This document shows positions 40,777 to 55,492 of a stretch of DNA of 64,000 nucleotides, in pieces. Made by a program: the position numbers and the translations under genes. The notes under the pieces were generated by a model. That model did no database searches. It was not told the DNA's origin and worked only from the letters and a program-made list of their open reading frames with translations. Where the stretch lies: contig OZ234493.1 of the NCBI GenBank assembly GCA_965153455.1, forward strand, positions 12,638,213-12,702,212, in the 5' to 3' direction. This stretch comes from Sphagnum compactum. Taxonomy: Eukaryota. Position 1 is the first letter of the stretch; each line of letters opens with the position of its first letter.

Positions 40777-43700
40777 TTTGCCTAATCAAAATGGTGTTTG
40801 ACCAATCAAAAAATCATTTGATTATTATATTGACTAGTCAAAAGTACCAGTTGAAATGACTAATAAAAAATGCCAACTTAAGCTTGGCCAAAAAGTACAT
40901 GGCCCAGTCATAATGGACAGGTTCAAAATGACTTGTCCAAAATGACTGGGAGGTTTTTTGATGCTTGTCCAAAATGGGTCTTTTTTGACCAAAATTTATA
41001 GTAAAAACAAATAGGAATTCTAGTAGTGCTTAAAGATTAATTGGTCATGGGAAATCAAAGTTGTAAAACTTTTCCCATTCTTTGATAGGAAGTTAAAGAG
41101 ACCCATAATGCCCTCCTCTGTTGTTTGTAAACTTGAGGCTATAAATATTTCCATTCAAACCCAACAACAAAAGTTAAATCCTCTATGTGCAGGCCAACAC
41201 AATTCTAGTGTAATTAAAATCCCTTGGTCATTCTAAAACAAATAACTCCCATTAGGGTTTAACAATAGTCATCCATCTTTCTCCCCAATAATTGAAAGAT
41301 GAGCACATGAGCCTCAATCTCACTGCAACCCAATAAACATTTTGTGATGGGTAACTATGTGTGTAATAAAATTAGATGGTCAACAAAGATATATGGCAAT
41401 TCTTCCAAACAAATTTAGGTTTAAAATGGAAACTTCACTAAATCTTTGCCACTTAGTTCAAAGAAAATAACATGACTATGCTCCTTTAACATGGCTCAAA
41501 AGATTTGCAATAATAGTAGGCCATGTTGTGGTTTACATCCATCCTTAGTGCTTTGTAAAAAAGAAACAATGATCCACATTTCCTTTCCATTGGTGCTATG
41601 CCCCCTGATGATTTGCATAATTTGCGCCAATTTGACTATAATAGATTTTGTTTCGCTCCATTGCAAACCAATTAAAAAAAATAGTCAACAAGCTTAGTTT
41701 GACATAAGTTGCCTTATTTGTAGTCAATTCTTTTAATAACTGGTGAAATGTATCCAACCCATTGAACTGATCTTGCTCCTTGCACTCAAATAAACATACA
41801 CACAAACTTAGATTTCCCAAACTTGTGTTTCCTCATTCCAATGCCAGTTTTAACCCAATGAAATAATTTATTATATCATGTCTTTGACATATTGATTAAA
41901 AAAAAAATCATCATCATCACTTACATGTTGCAAAATGTTGAAGAAGAGCACAACAACATCCACATTTTGTTCCAAAAACAAGAATACCTAAATCAATCAA
42001 TTGGAACCACCTACAACTTACAGATCAAAGATGTAGAAATCGGATACCATGAAGAAGCATAACACTCATAGAATAAACATGCAAAACAATAGACCCCTTG
42101 AAACACTAAAACCTTTTACCAAATATTTAGAACAGTTTATGGGTAAATGCATACCAAAAAATGCACCGAAAAAGTCCATTTCTATATTGCTTTTGGTGTT
42201 GTCATCACTTTTTTAGTGAGTTTTCCGATTACAAATTAAGTTTTTGCAAGAACTATGTGTTGTGCATTTTTTCTAATACATTATAAAACACATTCAATGA
42301 AAATACTTGAATCAAACTCAAATAATACATATTGGAAAGTACTTGTGAACTATGACCTTCCAAAAAGTATTCAAATGCCCACTTTCATTAATAATAACAT
42401 CTTTAACGAAAAAATTTAGTCTCCATTTTGATCATACAACTTAAGGCAAAATACCATCAAACAAATAATTTAATAATCTAAGATCGATGAGTCCATTTAC
42501 AATTATTTAGGGACTAAATAAAGATTGTGATTAAATTTAAAACACAAGTTTTAAAATCCCCCTCAAACAAAAAAATGAACATATGGTTTTTCTTTTTTAA
42601 TATGTTTTTTTTACAATAATATAGATCATATATTTGAGTCCTTTTTTTCAAAATTAAAAAAATCTAATTTAAGAAACATTATGTAGTTCAAAGGTCAATT
42701 TTTTTACATTGTGACACAAGAAAAGGGACACTGTAATATGCATTTACCCTTCATATGGCGTGTGTCATCATATGGCAGTAATTTTTGAAACCCTAGAAGC
42801 TTGCAAAACCCCAAATTTTATGGGTTAAGATTGGTTATTTATTTATATTTATTTTCTTTCTGCAAATGTTTTCTTAAAATTTTATTTCATAAGAGGGATT
42901 TGAAGAAAAGATTGATATGGATAATAATCTTACTCAAGTAAAGGAAATCACTATTTCTAATTGATGGGAGGATAATTATTTTAACATATTCTAATTCTAA
43001 TTCTAATTATGTGATAAGTAAAAATAATGTTCAAAGTAGTTATTCAAAGTCTACAAAAACATATTGAACAAAGAAATAATCCGAACTTGGAGAGGCATAG
43101 TAGTGATACATTAAAAATAATACATTTTGATAGATTCATTATAGACCTAGATTCCAATTAATTACTACAATTGAACGAAAGTTGCTATTGAGGGAAAAAT
43201 AAATAATTTAGATGAAGTTACAAGACAAGGGAATGCAGAATCCATAGTGAACATATGTGAGTGTTGAAAGTACACCCAATCCATGAAGAGATTTCTTTAA
43301 CATTGAAGGGGTTGTTGGGAGCATATTGCAAGACCTAGTTGAGCATGATAGATTTAAGTCATCCATGAATTCTATGTAAGTGATTCAAGAAAACTGAGAA
43401 GAACTACAAGTTTCCATGTTCAAAGGATTAAAAGTTCATACTAGAAGTACCAATGTAGAAATTAAAACTCAACAACCAATGAATATTCGTGGAATTGGCT
43501 ATTACAAATAGTGAATAAATCGATCTGAATCAAGGTCAATAGTTTTAGAATCAAGAAAATTTATATTTGTTTTTGTTTGGTCCAAATCATGAAGGACGTA
43601 TTGGTGCAAAAATTATGCCAAAATTTGGTTCCAAACCATGTCAAAGATCTAAATGTTGCTAATAATGTGTAGCGGGGATCCAAAGAACAACATCCAAACA

Positions 43701-44965
43701 ATGTACATGTTGTGCTTTCTGTAAGCGATATAGAATTAGAAGAATGATGAGTGGATCTACATGAAACTACAAAACATTAGGAGGAGTGTGTAGAAGTCTA
43801 GTACAAGCAAATCCTCAAATTGGTAAGTTGGTTACATATCATGGCTACGGATACATACTTTACAATTGTTTTCAAAGCTATATTACATACATGCATTTTG
43901 ATTGTCAACAATAGGAATGAAGTGCGATATGTAAATCAAACACAAAGAAGCTATTATGATCTACGAAGAAAGTGGACTTGAGGTTTACAATTAGTTTTTA
44001 CAAATTTGATGAATAAGAATAGAGCTCGGTCAAATATTGTGGTATTTTAATTGTAATAACAAATATTGCACAAATTACAATTCAAAGGGTCACACCACAG
44101 AAACTTGTTGGGTGAAGAAGAAAGATGTTCTAAAAACCTTTGTAGTTACTATGGCAGGAATGGTGGCTTGACATGAGAAGATTATCGAATACCAATTAAG
44201 AATCCATGCATACTGTGTAATTCATGTAATTGTGCATATTGGCACAACACATTCATTCACCTAGTTACTATAGGGAATATATCCTTACCCTCACAATGAG
44301 CAACCTTTTCCTTTCTTGGTTTATCAGCTCACCATCATTGTCTTCACATGAATTCTTTGCATGTTTTTTGAAGCTTCTTGTTTGTAAAATTTCCTGCATC
44401 AATGGCTTGGCCTTCCTTTTTATCAGTATGAAACTTATTGATGGTGCGTCCCATGTTCCCATTGCTGGCTCATGTCACAGCCTGATCATGCTTCCAGGAG
44501 TCCAAATACTGTTCTGGTTTCCCATGAGTCATGGATGTGCTGGGAACACAGTGACATAGGGAGCAGCTCAAGAAGGATGTTCAGAAGGGACCCAAATTGA
44601 TCAAGCTTGCAGAGCATGAACCCTTGAGGAGGGATGTAAGGCACACATTTGTTAGTTATATCAAATCTAAAATACTGCTATCCTGTAGTCCTGTAGTCTT
44701 GTGTATAATATAAAGCAGGGAGCTGAGCAGGATTCTTCTCAGTTCTATACCAACCAAGAAAATCTGATAAGCAAAGCAGGGAGAAGCAACTGCCTATTAC
44801 AATCCACAGATGGGCACAGGTACTGCCAAACCACATAAAAAGGAAATGAGGAACACAAGGATGAGATGGGGTTGCTAAATAGACTTCATATCTCACATCA
44901 TCAGCTTCAAGTATTCACAACATATGCTCCAACCACAACTATAATGTCCCACTAAACAGTCAGCA

Positions 44966-47900
44966 CTATCTTTGTCGAGATGATAGATATTCATCAATTC
45001 TGGCCTTCAACTCAACATCTGGGATGAGCATATCAGATGTAAGAACTGACCGGTTGAATGGGTCTGTCTGCACACAACAAGAATGATCACACCTGTAAGA
45101 TAACTCCTGTTTCATGTAATGCACTTACCAACTTGAGATAAGTCCCCAGTACATTAAAATCTTTCAGAGGATTCTTAACTTTGCCCAGTCATACCTGGTC
45201 ACTTAGCAGATGCCTTTGAATAGTGGAGAGATCAACGGTGGTCTTCGAGGATGGCAAAATTACAGGATCTTTCATAAGTGTGTACTGCAGCTAGAAAATA
45301 ACCAGTTTAGTTTCTCCTTGGGTCATCCATTGATAGTTAATACCACACAAGAATACCTTGAGATAATATGCATATAGACCCATGTCACCTACCCTAGATC
45401 TAGTTCTCAAAATCCAAAATGTACACTCAGAAGAGATTTGTATGAACCTGAATTGGATCAAGGAACTCTTCTGGAATTTCACCAAGCAAAGCCTCTGTAT
45501 CCTTAGCTTCTGTAGCTGCTGCTTTTGCTTTAACGCCAAGCAGTTCAAATTCTTGAATAGTTTTCTCTGGGAGTCCACCTATTTGGCGCAGTACTCCAGC
45601 TGCCTCGACAAATAGCTGCAATGGGAGAGTGAGATGAGTCAAATTCTGGGATGCCAAATTCTGCAGAGAACATGCTCTGCCCAAACCCTAAACCATAAAG
45701 CACTCTGCAGAGACATGATACTGTGGAATGTACAATTTTTCCACAACATGTGCAAAAGGGTAGGCTAGCTAAATCTCATTCTCTTACACTGGGATGATTT
45801 TGTTCTACAAACAATTATATGACATTCCACTCTATCTTGAAGAGATTTCACCATTGCAAAGAGGCACATCTGAGACATAGATGTGCTGTCAGAACCTGCT
45901 AGAGAAATAACACTGAGATGCAATACTTTCCCTGCTGTAGGTTATGGACCTTGCACCCCATCCACACCTAGACAACCAGAGAAGAGCCTAAAAAGCCTCT
46001 TGTTCCATATAGCTTCACAGATTACAGCAACAGTACATTCACAGAAGAAAATGAAAGCTTAGCAATACCTCCTCCCGGTAGGAACGACCATCACTAGATA
46101 TAGCATTTGCAAATGACTGATGGGCATCACCCCTGTCAAGGTGTACATAGATATCCACAATCTTGCATGCAGCAGCCCACACACATGCAGACCACCTGTT
46201 AAGGAAAGATGACTAGCATTAACTGCATGAGCCACTCATTCTACCCACAGAAGGCACTGCAAGGTACCTGCTTATCTCTTCTTTAAACTCTCAGGATTGA
46301 AAAAGTTCATGAACTTTATGTACCACATGACATATAATTTGTTTCCAAGATTTCAAGATACCATACACCTAGTGCTCCTTCAAGCAATCCTGTCAAGAAA
46401 CTGGACCATAAAAACAGAGAAGAACAGAGATCTTGATCACTCTTCTTTGAACAGTGCATGTCTACCTGGGATAGGAGTTCCTTGGGCCTGAATTCATATT
46501 TCTCTGGTTCTTTGACCCTGAGGGCCTTACGTTGAGGTCCAACTAACTGGAAGAGGAAGTAATTCAGCATTGACGCAATTCTCTCCACCTGCCAAGCATG
46601 AGTACCAAGTCTCAAGTCTCAACCCTGTATCAGATAGCTTTCATGACTGGCAACCTACATATTTCTGTTAGACTTCTGCCCAATTCAATTAAAAGGATCA
46701 TGGCTTTCACAAATGCAATATAAAGAAGGCACATTTCTTTAACATGATGTCTCATTTCTCCAAGAACAGTGGCTTCACAGATGCCTTGCAAAGAGTAGGA
46801 ATGACTGTCAATTTTCAATGTGGGACTAGCAGGAGCCTATTACCAATGAACAAATGAATTTCCAAATCTTGAGGAGAAGCTACATTTAAGAGTACGTCAC
46901 TACAAAGACTGCTACCAAAGTGTCTTGTAAGCTCAGCAGAGTTTCAAGTAGACATATTAGTACAACATAAACTGATGGCAACTTATTCTATCACTCTATA
47001 AGGTCATTACTTCAGCCAACCCAACTTGATTCCAACTTAACTTATTCCCTAAATTAGATGAAGATAGGGCAAACCATTTCAGGAAGTAAGAAAGGTGCAG
47101 TTATCTCTGCAGATGTATACTGCAGCATTTTTACATCCTCATTTGCCAATGTCATGTCAATGCGCACAACCTGTTCATATGCCCCCTCATCAATCTGTCT
47201 TCCCATTACACAGCAGGCACAGGAATACAAACAGAGCATACAAGAGGACAACACTGAAAATTAAAGGAGAAGTCAAGATCAACTATGGCTACAGTAAACA
47301 GCTCAAAAAACCAACAGCTCAGTCTGAATCATCAACCCATGTTCAACCAACACACATGCTCTTGCTGATGAAAATGATGCACTCGCTCCTGCCTCTCCTG
47401 AGGTGGCCTTTGGTTCCATTCATCTGAATTCTCAATTTCTGCTTCCATCGCCTTAAGTTCTGGAATCTTTTTTAAGCTTTCATCAAGCAAAAAGATGCTG
47501 TCATTGATGAGTAAATTGAGGAACTTCAAGTAAGAGCCCTTCTCCTCCATTATCGCAATCTATCATCCATCATAGAACACACCATAAGCTCTGAAGAGAT
47601 CTCTTCACTTTCCCTATTGGATGTAGAGTAATATTCTGGTACTATAGAATAGACCACAGTGAATCAGAACATGTTCAGACAAAGCAGTTATGAACAAAGG
47701 TTTTTCCTCTATCATATGGGGCATTCAACATAGTGTGGAGGGTGCGGGTGCTGTGAGAGACAAGGTGTTCTTTCCACACACAAATATACATCTATATAAG
47801 TACTGGGAACTTATCCACACTGACAATCTGAGTCAACCTCAAAAGAATTGTGAATTGACCTGATAATCATGTAATGGATGACAGATGGGCAAACAAGAGA

Positions 47901-50900
47901 GGAAAAGAAAAGAAAAAGGAGGACCTGACCCCAAAAGATGGGGTAAAGACTAAGAAGTGGGCAATAGAAATTGTCACACAGATGTTCCTGACTTCGAACT
48001 GCATGGTAATGAACATCTATCAATAGCATCCCTGTGACTTCATCAGCTTCCAGCAGTGGGCAGACATTAATGTCATGCATTAGCTGACATTCTGAGTTTC
48101 TGTCATAAAGCTGGTAGTAATGGGAAGCATCAGCCATGATGCTGGCTAACTCAACAAAGAGAAAAGAGAAGGACATGAAGGAACAAAAGTAAGATGAACA
48201 TTAAAAAGAACAAAAACAAAACATGAACTGAACAAGGAAAGAGGAGGACAAACAATAAAGTAACTATTGTCCTGAGTTTCTGTCATAAGGTTGCCATGCT
48301 GCTGGCTAGATCAACAAAACATAAAAGAGAATGATATGACCAATGTGAGTATCAAAAATCCCTGACTTAGAATTAGAAAGGTAACCAGAACCAGGCAAAA
48401 AAACCTTAGTCAAAGAAAAACTCCGGAGAAGGACTAAGGAACAGGGAACAGAAGAACTAGCTTGACATGAACTATAAACAAGTAGTAAGAACAACAGTGA
48501 GTCTCTTGCTTGTTAACTGGTTCAGTAACAAATCAAAAGTACCACGTATGATAGGAACTCTTCTATCGTAACTTCACTTTTCTATCACACCTTACCCACT
48601 GCCTTCATCAGCTCCCTGTATGGGCCAGTTACACTGGCCTGCCTACTGAGTTTCTGTTGCAAGTCCAGATGCAACAGGCACACATCAACCATTATGCTGG
48701 CTGATACCCTACACCAAACGAACACTGATGGAAGAAACAAAGAAACAAAAGGAGGGACATGAGGAAGGAAAAACAGAATACAGAAGACAAAAGAAGACAT
48801 GCAAGAGGAACACAGAGAAGAAAAAACAAAAAAGGAATCAAACAAGAAAATATGAAGATGAGAGAGAAACAATGCAGAGATCTTTGAGAACAAAGTGGGC
48901 TTCCAAAAGCTTCCTACATAGGATATTGAATCTGTTGAATTTGAGGATTCCAAAGCCAGAAACAGCAAATGGAAAACTTTCTTTAGCAAAACATCTGACT
49001 TGATAAATAGCATCTTTATTTTTTAGACGACTAATTACACTTGCCACTTGAGCTATGAAGAACTCTCTTGAGCTAGCCTTAAGGGCCTATAAATTGGACA
49101 TTACCTACTTAAAATTTAGCAAAAATATTGGAACCAGGACGACATAAGAATGATGCTAGCACCTGCATACTCTGACCGAGAATGCTTTTTAAAGATGTAA
49201 ATGTTTGTAGCTCTGAAATTTGGGTTGTTAATAAATTCAAGAAATTGAAAAGAAGCCACAAGAATAACACTGATGAGAATTGAGATATTGCCATGCTTAC
49301 AATTAGGAAAGCCAGAACAAGTTCAGAACTTTTTCTTGAAGTCAAAGAAAGACTTGCAGATAAGGACTGAAAAGCTGGGAAGATGAAGAATGGAAGGGTA
49401 GAACTTGAATGAATAACAATAAAACTAGCAGTATCAACAATAGTGACAGTCTCTCACTTGTTCAAGGACCATCAAAGAATGCAAGTCAGGAAATAATCAG
49501 AACCTTTTTACAAGCGCATTACAGAAAGAGCAAATGAACCAATGATGGAAAATTTACGAAGGCACTCAAACCATAGAAAGATATCAGCAATAATACAGGT
49601 TTCATGAACTCATCAAGAAACCGAATTGTACCTTCTTCCAAGCATTGTGATGACTGGGAACTAACCAAAGGTACTCCAACAACTCAGCAATATTGTGGCG
49701 GATGTTGAATTTGTCATAGAACTGCATCACCAAAGAAAGCAATAAACCAGTGAGGAAGAAAGGCCGCCTATTTAACCTGCAATTACTTGCAGCTGAAAGA
49801 CTAGAAGATTGGAATCCTGCCTCCACTTGCTCACCTGTGGGTCTTCATGCAACATAAAAAGAAAGAGAAGTACAAATCTTGTCTACTACTTCTCCGTTGG
49901 ATCCCACCTTGACATTCTCAATTAGCAACCCTACATTTTTTTGGGACATGAACCTGACTTACTACCCCTACATCTAGTTATCCCAGGTCTGATCAATAAC
50001 TTTGCTGAAGAAGGAGATCTAGAAATGTTCTCCTCCTCCCAATGGTAAGTCTAATTCCATTGATCACGACAAATGAGCGAAGTAAAATTGCAGATACAAC
50101 ACAGAAATCTTGCACTGGGGCACAGTGAAGCTTGTAAGCACAATTTAAGTTCACATGCAGCAGCTTAGCCTTCAGCCTAATAACCTCGAACAGACAATGG
50201 ATCACATAAGGAGAAAAGAAAAACCTGAGTATGAGAGCCTGTGAATTCAATGTCCACGTAAAGCTTGAGAAGATTTGGCACCAAATACTGCAAAGCCAAG
50301 TGATGCTCCTCAAACAGCGATGCCATGCTGCTTGCCATTACTGGTGAAGGGCTGCATAAGACATAGAACATTAAATAGGAGAAGAAAATTAACTATGTCA
50401 GCTGTAACCAGGAAACACAGATATTCACCACATTTCACTGACAGGGCAACTTGTATCTAATCACACTGAACACCCTAGAGAACTGCCCAGAAAGATGGAT
50501 GAGAATACCACCTTTTAGAGGGCATCCATGCATTCAGAACTTCCACCATTTTTGCCCTCAAGTATGGATTCCTCACATGAAGTGGACTACCCATAAACAT
50601 CACTATAAAGCTCATGAATTCATCCTGCAAAATTTATCCACATCAGTACTCATGAACCCGAATACAGTCTATTGCTATGCAACTATGTTCAGCACTGATG
50701 CGCCATGGCAAGCATCAAGAGTTACACATAAGCTCTGGCAGACATGAAAATCCTGACAGACATTAGCACTATTAAGTTCAGAAAATCACCAAGTTGACAG
50801 TATCAAGCCCCTTTGGAATGCGGGAAGCAAATAGCAATAGCTCCATAGGGTCCTCAACAAAATGTTCAGGCATGGAAGCAAACTCCATTGGGCATATGGA

Positions 50901-53900
50901 AGGAAGGGGCAAGCGAAATCCGCCAACCAAGCCCGCCAACCACACCACCATCAGTCGGTAGAAATTAAGCCCTTGCTGTAAGAGGTTCACATCCTGAGGT
51001 CACCCTTCCTGTGATTAGCAAATTTATCCTAAATCTGGGGCCAAAAAACCTACATTGCAATAAACACCCCTAGCAAACAAACATGGAAATATCAACGAGC
51101 ACCAGAAAGAAACAATGCTTTCCCCATATACTCGTCAGCTGGGACTGCAAAATTTAATATATCTATCAGATTCCAGAGAGAACTCCAGAATAATGCTCAG
51201 ATGGTAAGCTATGTGTCAGTTCAAGCAAAACCAAAACTGACATGAGAAGAAAAGTGCGGTCATAACCAAAATGTTGACAAAAAGTATCAGACCATCACCT
51301 TCACCAAGAAGGGCAGTGACTAGCTGCCATGACTCCCCACTGATTTCAGCTTCTGAGGGTAAGCTTCAATTCATTCTAGCTTGCCAATATGTAAACAACC
51401 ATCAAAGCATAAAGCAAATCAAAACATGCACAGTATGAAGTTCATATGGTGCACAACCTGAGTAACACTAGGCCACACTAAAACCAATTTATGAGCTTTT
51501 CCCCAATGCTGATTTGCAAAGAGGTGTAGCACATGCATATCTGCTTTATAGGCCAAAAACTTAGCATGTGAATATTGCCAACCAGCAGAAAAGAAGGAAA
51601 GGCTGGTGAACTGATGGGAAAAATGGAGGGAAACCCAAAGTCAGGTGATGAACACATCTAACATTGCAAAGTCTCTCCCCTCTAAGAGGACAGAGCAAGT
51701 AAACAAGCATATAGAATACAAGCAAGGTACCTTGAGAAGCTGGGCATCATAGCAAAGTCGATCTTGTGAAAGTCGCTCAACCAAGGCTTCTGCCTGTGAT
51801 ATGTCATGCTCCAGTTCTTCAGGTGCTCCATTACCACGCATGGCCTTCAGTGCAGCAAGAGACTCCTTGTGCCTGGAAAGGTCCTGCACCAGGTAGATCT
51901 GAATCAGTATTCCAAAACCTGAATCCTACCAACCAGACCTTGGCTCCACAACTCTATCAAATTAAGTCTCCATCAAACATGACGGCCCCAAACTAGCAAT
52001 GATCATTGTCAATCCAGCAGCTCAGCACCTCTAAGTGCAATTTACAAGGAGCTACAGGTACTGAACCAGAGGCTTTATATGGCAATCAGACCAATCGTCT
52101 ATAAACCATTGAGTAACAAACAGCTCTCAGACACTTCTCATACATACATATCTAACATCAGTCAACAACAGTGATATATGTTAGCAAATGCAAGGACAGA
52201 AAAGCCATCAGAAGAGCCAGAAGACCCAAGTATGTTGATAACAGATAAATCTCAAACGTGCTTACTTGAACCAGTGTCTTGAAATCCAAAAGTGCCTTTA
52301 TGAGGCCCAAATTGAGTACTCTTGCTGTCAAGAAAAAGCATTCACAAATAAAGGAGAAGTTAGAATGATCTGCAGGTTTAGAAGCAGCAGGTCCAGGCAA
52401 ATAGGATTGTGGATTGTTCAGAGTTGAGGTAGATGCTTCCTCAGCTTGCAGGTGTCGCAACTCTTCATGCTCATGTAGCTGCTGAGCCTGATACAAACCA
52501 TGGCTTTGGCCATAAGTACCACTGTCCACCCACTTTGCTACCTCTTCTGAAGTTGCAAGAATGGCTGTCAACCCACTGCCAATTCACTTATCATCAGTCA
52601 AGTGATGAACCAATTGCAGAAAAACAACATTGTGTTCCACATAATAACAAGTCAGCACCCCATTCTCATTCTGTCTTTCGAAATGATCTAATATAAAGAA
52701 ATCACCCAACATACCATAATCTCAGTACAAAATGCAGAGGCAAACTATGTTCAGAGGATAAGACAATGAACTCTGCAGGCCTTCACAGCAGACAATACCA
52801 GAAATTTTCCAAGGGTAAGTAGTATGCTACCCTGAGCTCTATACAAAGTGTGACAACAACACATTGCCAGAGTCTGTGACCATAAGGCTCTTGTAAGTAT
52901 AGACTTATCAGTACAGTCCCTGTGTAGGTATGTACTCTACTGCCTAGTGACCTCACAATGCAACTAACAGAAGATCTAGGAATAGAAATATGATCCTAGT
53001 TAAGTCAATGTGTGTATTCAGGCATGCTCAGGGCTGCAGGGAGTGCATGCTGATGTTCATCTCTAAAATCACCCTGGAACTGGGGCCTCAATTTCTTAGC
53101 ACATTTTGGAGCTCATCTAGTTTGGCTGTTGCAAGCATGCATCGGTCACAAATTATGGGAACAAAAATTCACAAATTAGACTAATATCCTTCAGGAAAGG
53201 AGATTCCTTTATGAGACTTGGAAGATGGGGCCCTATTGTCATCCACATTATCCTATTGTGCAACTTCTGAAATGACATTGACAAATACAGATAAGACATC
53301 AGGTATGCTTATGCTGGAAAAATGTTCTCGCTCTTCTCTGTGGTGATAATGTAGGAAATTGGACCTGAAAAAGGCTACTAAATTGGGCACCTGAAATCAA
53401 GACGTCCCTTTCGTAGCACATAGCTAGCTTCAATCTTGCCCTTCTTAGACAGAGAGGCATCTAGAAAGGGGTCACAAAGCTTCAACATGACTGCACTCAG
53501 ACTCACAAACATCCCATTGCTGGCAGTAGTGAAGGGGTTTGCCTGCATCACCCACCATACTTGACCATGTTAGCACTTCCTCTTTCATGTAAGAAAGGAA
53601 AACGAAGGAGTTGACACCTGACAGGAGTCAGAATAAGGGAAGACCTGTATTTGCACTCGATTGGCATTCTTTTGGATCACATCTGCTAAGTACTGTAGAA
53701 CTTTTTCTCGAGCCTCGGCCGTCTTCAACAGCTTCAGAATGACATCATATAAACCATCATATAGCTGGTGCATTACTGTCCTTATTAGGGCATAAGATGA
53801 TGTCAGGTCTGATGTTCGGCGTGTTGAGGCTTCTGAAAAACACTGTTGTCTGATTGACCCAAGATACAACAGAATTAGGATCACAACCGCGTTTACCCAT

Positions 53901-55002
53901 CAAACATGAATCAAAAGCACAAAATCTCTATAGGCTTTCTCATACTAACACCAAAATGTGGACTCTGAAAAAACTCAAGGGCAACTTAATGATTATAATG
54001 TGCAAAATGAGGATACGCACACCCTTACAGACACAGCATGCAACCAGTACAAAGGCCAAACACCCATCATCCTCGACCACAAAGGAAGATGGTGCATCCT
54101 GTACCATGACAACTACAACAGGCAAAGTTCCTGTCAGGTTTAGGGCATCACCCCACATTGGGTTCTCCGTTGCCAAAAACAGGATGATCAGGAATAACGC
54201 TGATGTGGAAAAACGGGCCCAAGATACTGCTCACCTCCAGAACTCGCCCATTTACGTGATTTCCCCTGGGATTCCACATTGGATGATGGACAAGTACTAG
54301 GGCCAAGCTAGAGTGGGATACCAGCATCCCTAGAGCCCTCAAGTATCCCTGGAATGGTCCTAATGGAGAAATCTTCATCACACTGCCCTGCAGATCTTTG
54401 AATAGCTGCTCAAACACGTTCTTCAATCCTTCCGGTTCATTCTCAAATCGGTTGATGAGATCGTCGAAGAACCCAGGTGGCAATGTAGAGCCACTTGAAG
54501 CGAAGGTGTCGTATCCCATGTTAGGAGACAAGTCGCCCAAAATTAGGGCTAGAAATTGCATGTTAGGGGCCAACGATGGCTCAGGTGGTTGTGGAAAAAT
54601 TATGTCCTCGGCATGCGCAAGCATAAGTACAGCATAGGAAACAGCTAACTCCTTCACCTGCTGCAAAGCATCCAGAATTTCTGCCAAAACGATTTTATCT
54701 TTCATAGTCTGCGCTTTGCGAGCCTCCTCAAGTGCTCGTCGATAGCAACCTACGAGATAAGAGAAAGGAGGGTCGTATCCGGCATAAATTGTGCTTAGCC
54801 TTCCCATGAATACTCGTTCAATACAATCACGCGATAGAACGGTCGGCCTATCTTCGCTTAGCAGTTCGGCCGCCAGCTGCTCCAAATAGAGCGGCACTCC
54901 GCTTCCACGGTCATCTCCCGGCCTCAATGTCACCTGTAGCACACGTTGCAGTACCTTATCTTCTATATCAACCTTGCTTCTGGTTGCCTTAGGTTGAGCC
55001 AT
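44966..55002 (-). CDS. UFD2: Ubiquitin conjugation factor E4 / U-box ligase (UFD2/UBE4, plant PUB1/MUSE3 type); ~16 exons
   Basis: Exon 1 55002-54152 (MAQPKATRS...[14 protein letters not shown]). Internal exons include [116 protein letters not shown]-box: [24 protein letters not shown]...|[17 protein letters not shown], stop TAG at 44966. Confidence 0.95.
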
Positions 55003-55318
55003 ACCTCCCTCCCTCCCGCAGAATCCACCCGCTGTTCCACAACCTAATGAATAGATCCGCAAGCAACCACAGACCCTTTCTTTGCACCAAGAATTTGTGT
55101 AATCTACAGAATACAAATATTGTGAGGGTAGAGAGGGGGAAGGTCGCCAGTGGCAACAGCGCTGTAAGCAAAAGTCGACAAGGGAAGAAGGGAAGCGGCC
55201 GAGCTTTAACCTAGCTGCCCGAAACTCGTACAATTTTTTAAAAAACATTTAGGGCAGTTTAAAAAAACCTTTCAAACAGTGAAATTCAACCTGTCCGTAC
55301 AGAAGAAACCCTACCTCT

Positions 55319-55492
55319 CTTCTGCGCTGGCCGGCCTGGGTGTTTTTGTACAGGCCCTTCCGTGATTTGAGATCTGTGCCCGAGGACGGTAGGCCGACGG
55401 AACAGGTCGAAAATCACGGAAGGGCCTATCTAGTACCTTCCGCTGGTCAGAAGATCTCAGTACAGCCTGGCTGGTACCTTCCACCGCAGAAG
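55319..55492 (+). ncRNA. Candidate pre-miRNA-like fold-back in the first exon of a putative non-coding transcript divergent from UFD2
   Basis: Perfect 17-bp inverted repeat 55352-55368/55411-55427 nested in further pairings; no ATG in 55300-55529; strong donor CAG|GTAAG at 55530. Strand is inferred from the splice signals. Confidence 0.45.

Larger units (their letters stand above)
37265..41028. mobile_element. Non-autonomous CACTA DNA transposon carrying a 15-bp-unit satellite
   Basis: 20-bp TIRs CACTACTAAAATTCTTATTT / AAATAGGAATTCTAGTAGTG (2 mismatches), 3-bp flanks CTC/CTT, subterminal CTAGTCAA/TTGAC(T/C)A repeats, no coding capacity. Confidence 0.85.

Noticed and set aside
49268-49315. 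Hammerhead-like CTGATGA...GAAA core in a UFD2 intron
   Set aside because: Stem II does not close directly onto GAAA, and stems I/III with a cleavage triplet are not evident.
55003-55248. In-frame N-terminal extension of UFD2 in the ORF track
   Set aside because: Starts at a non-ATG codon; family similarity begins at MAQPKATRS (55002), so this is probably 5' UTR.
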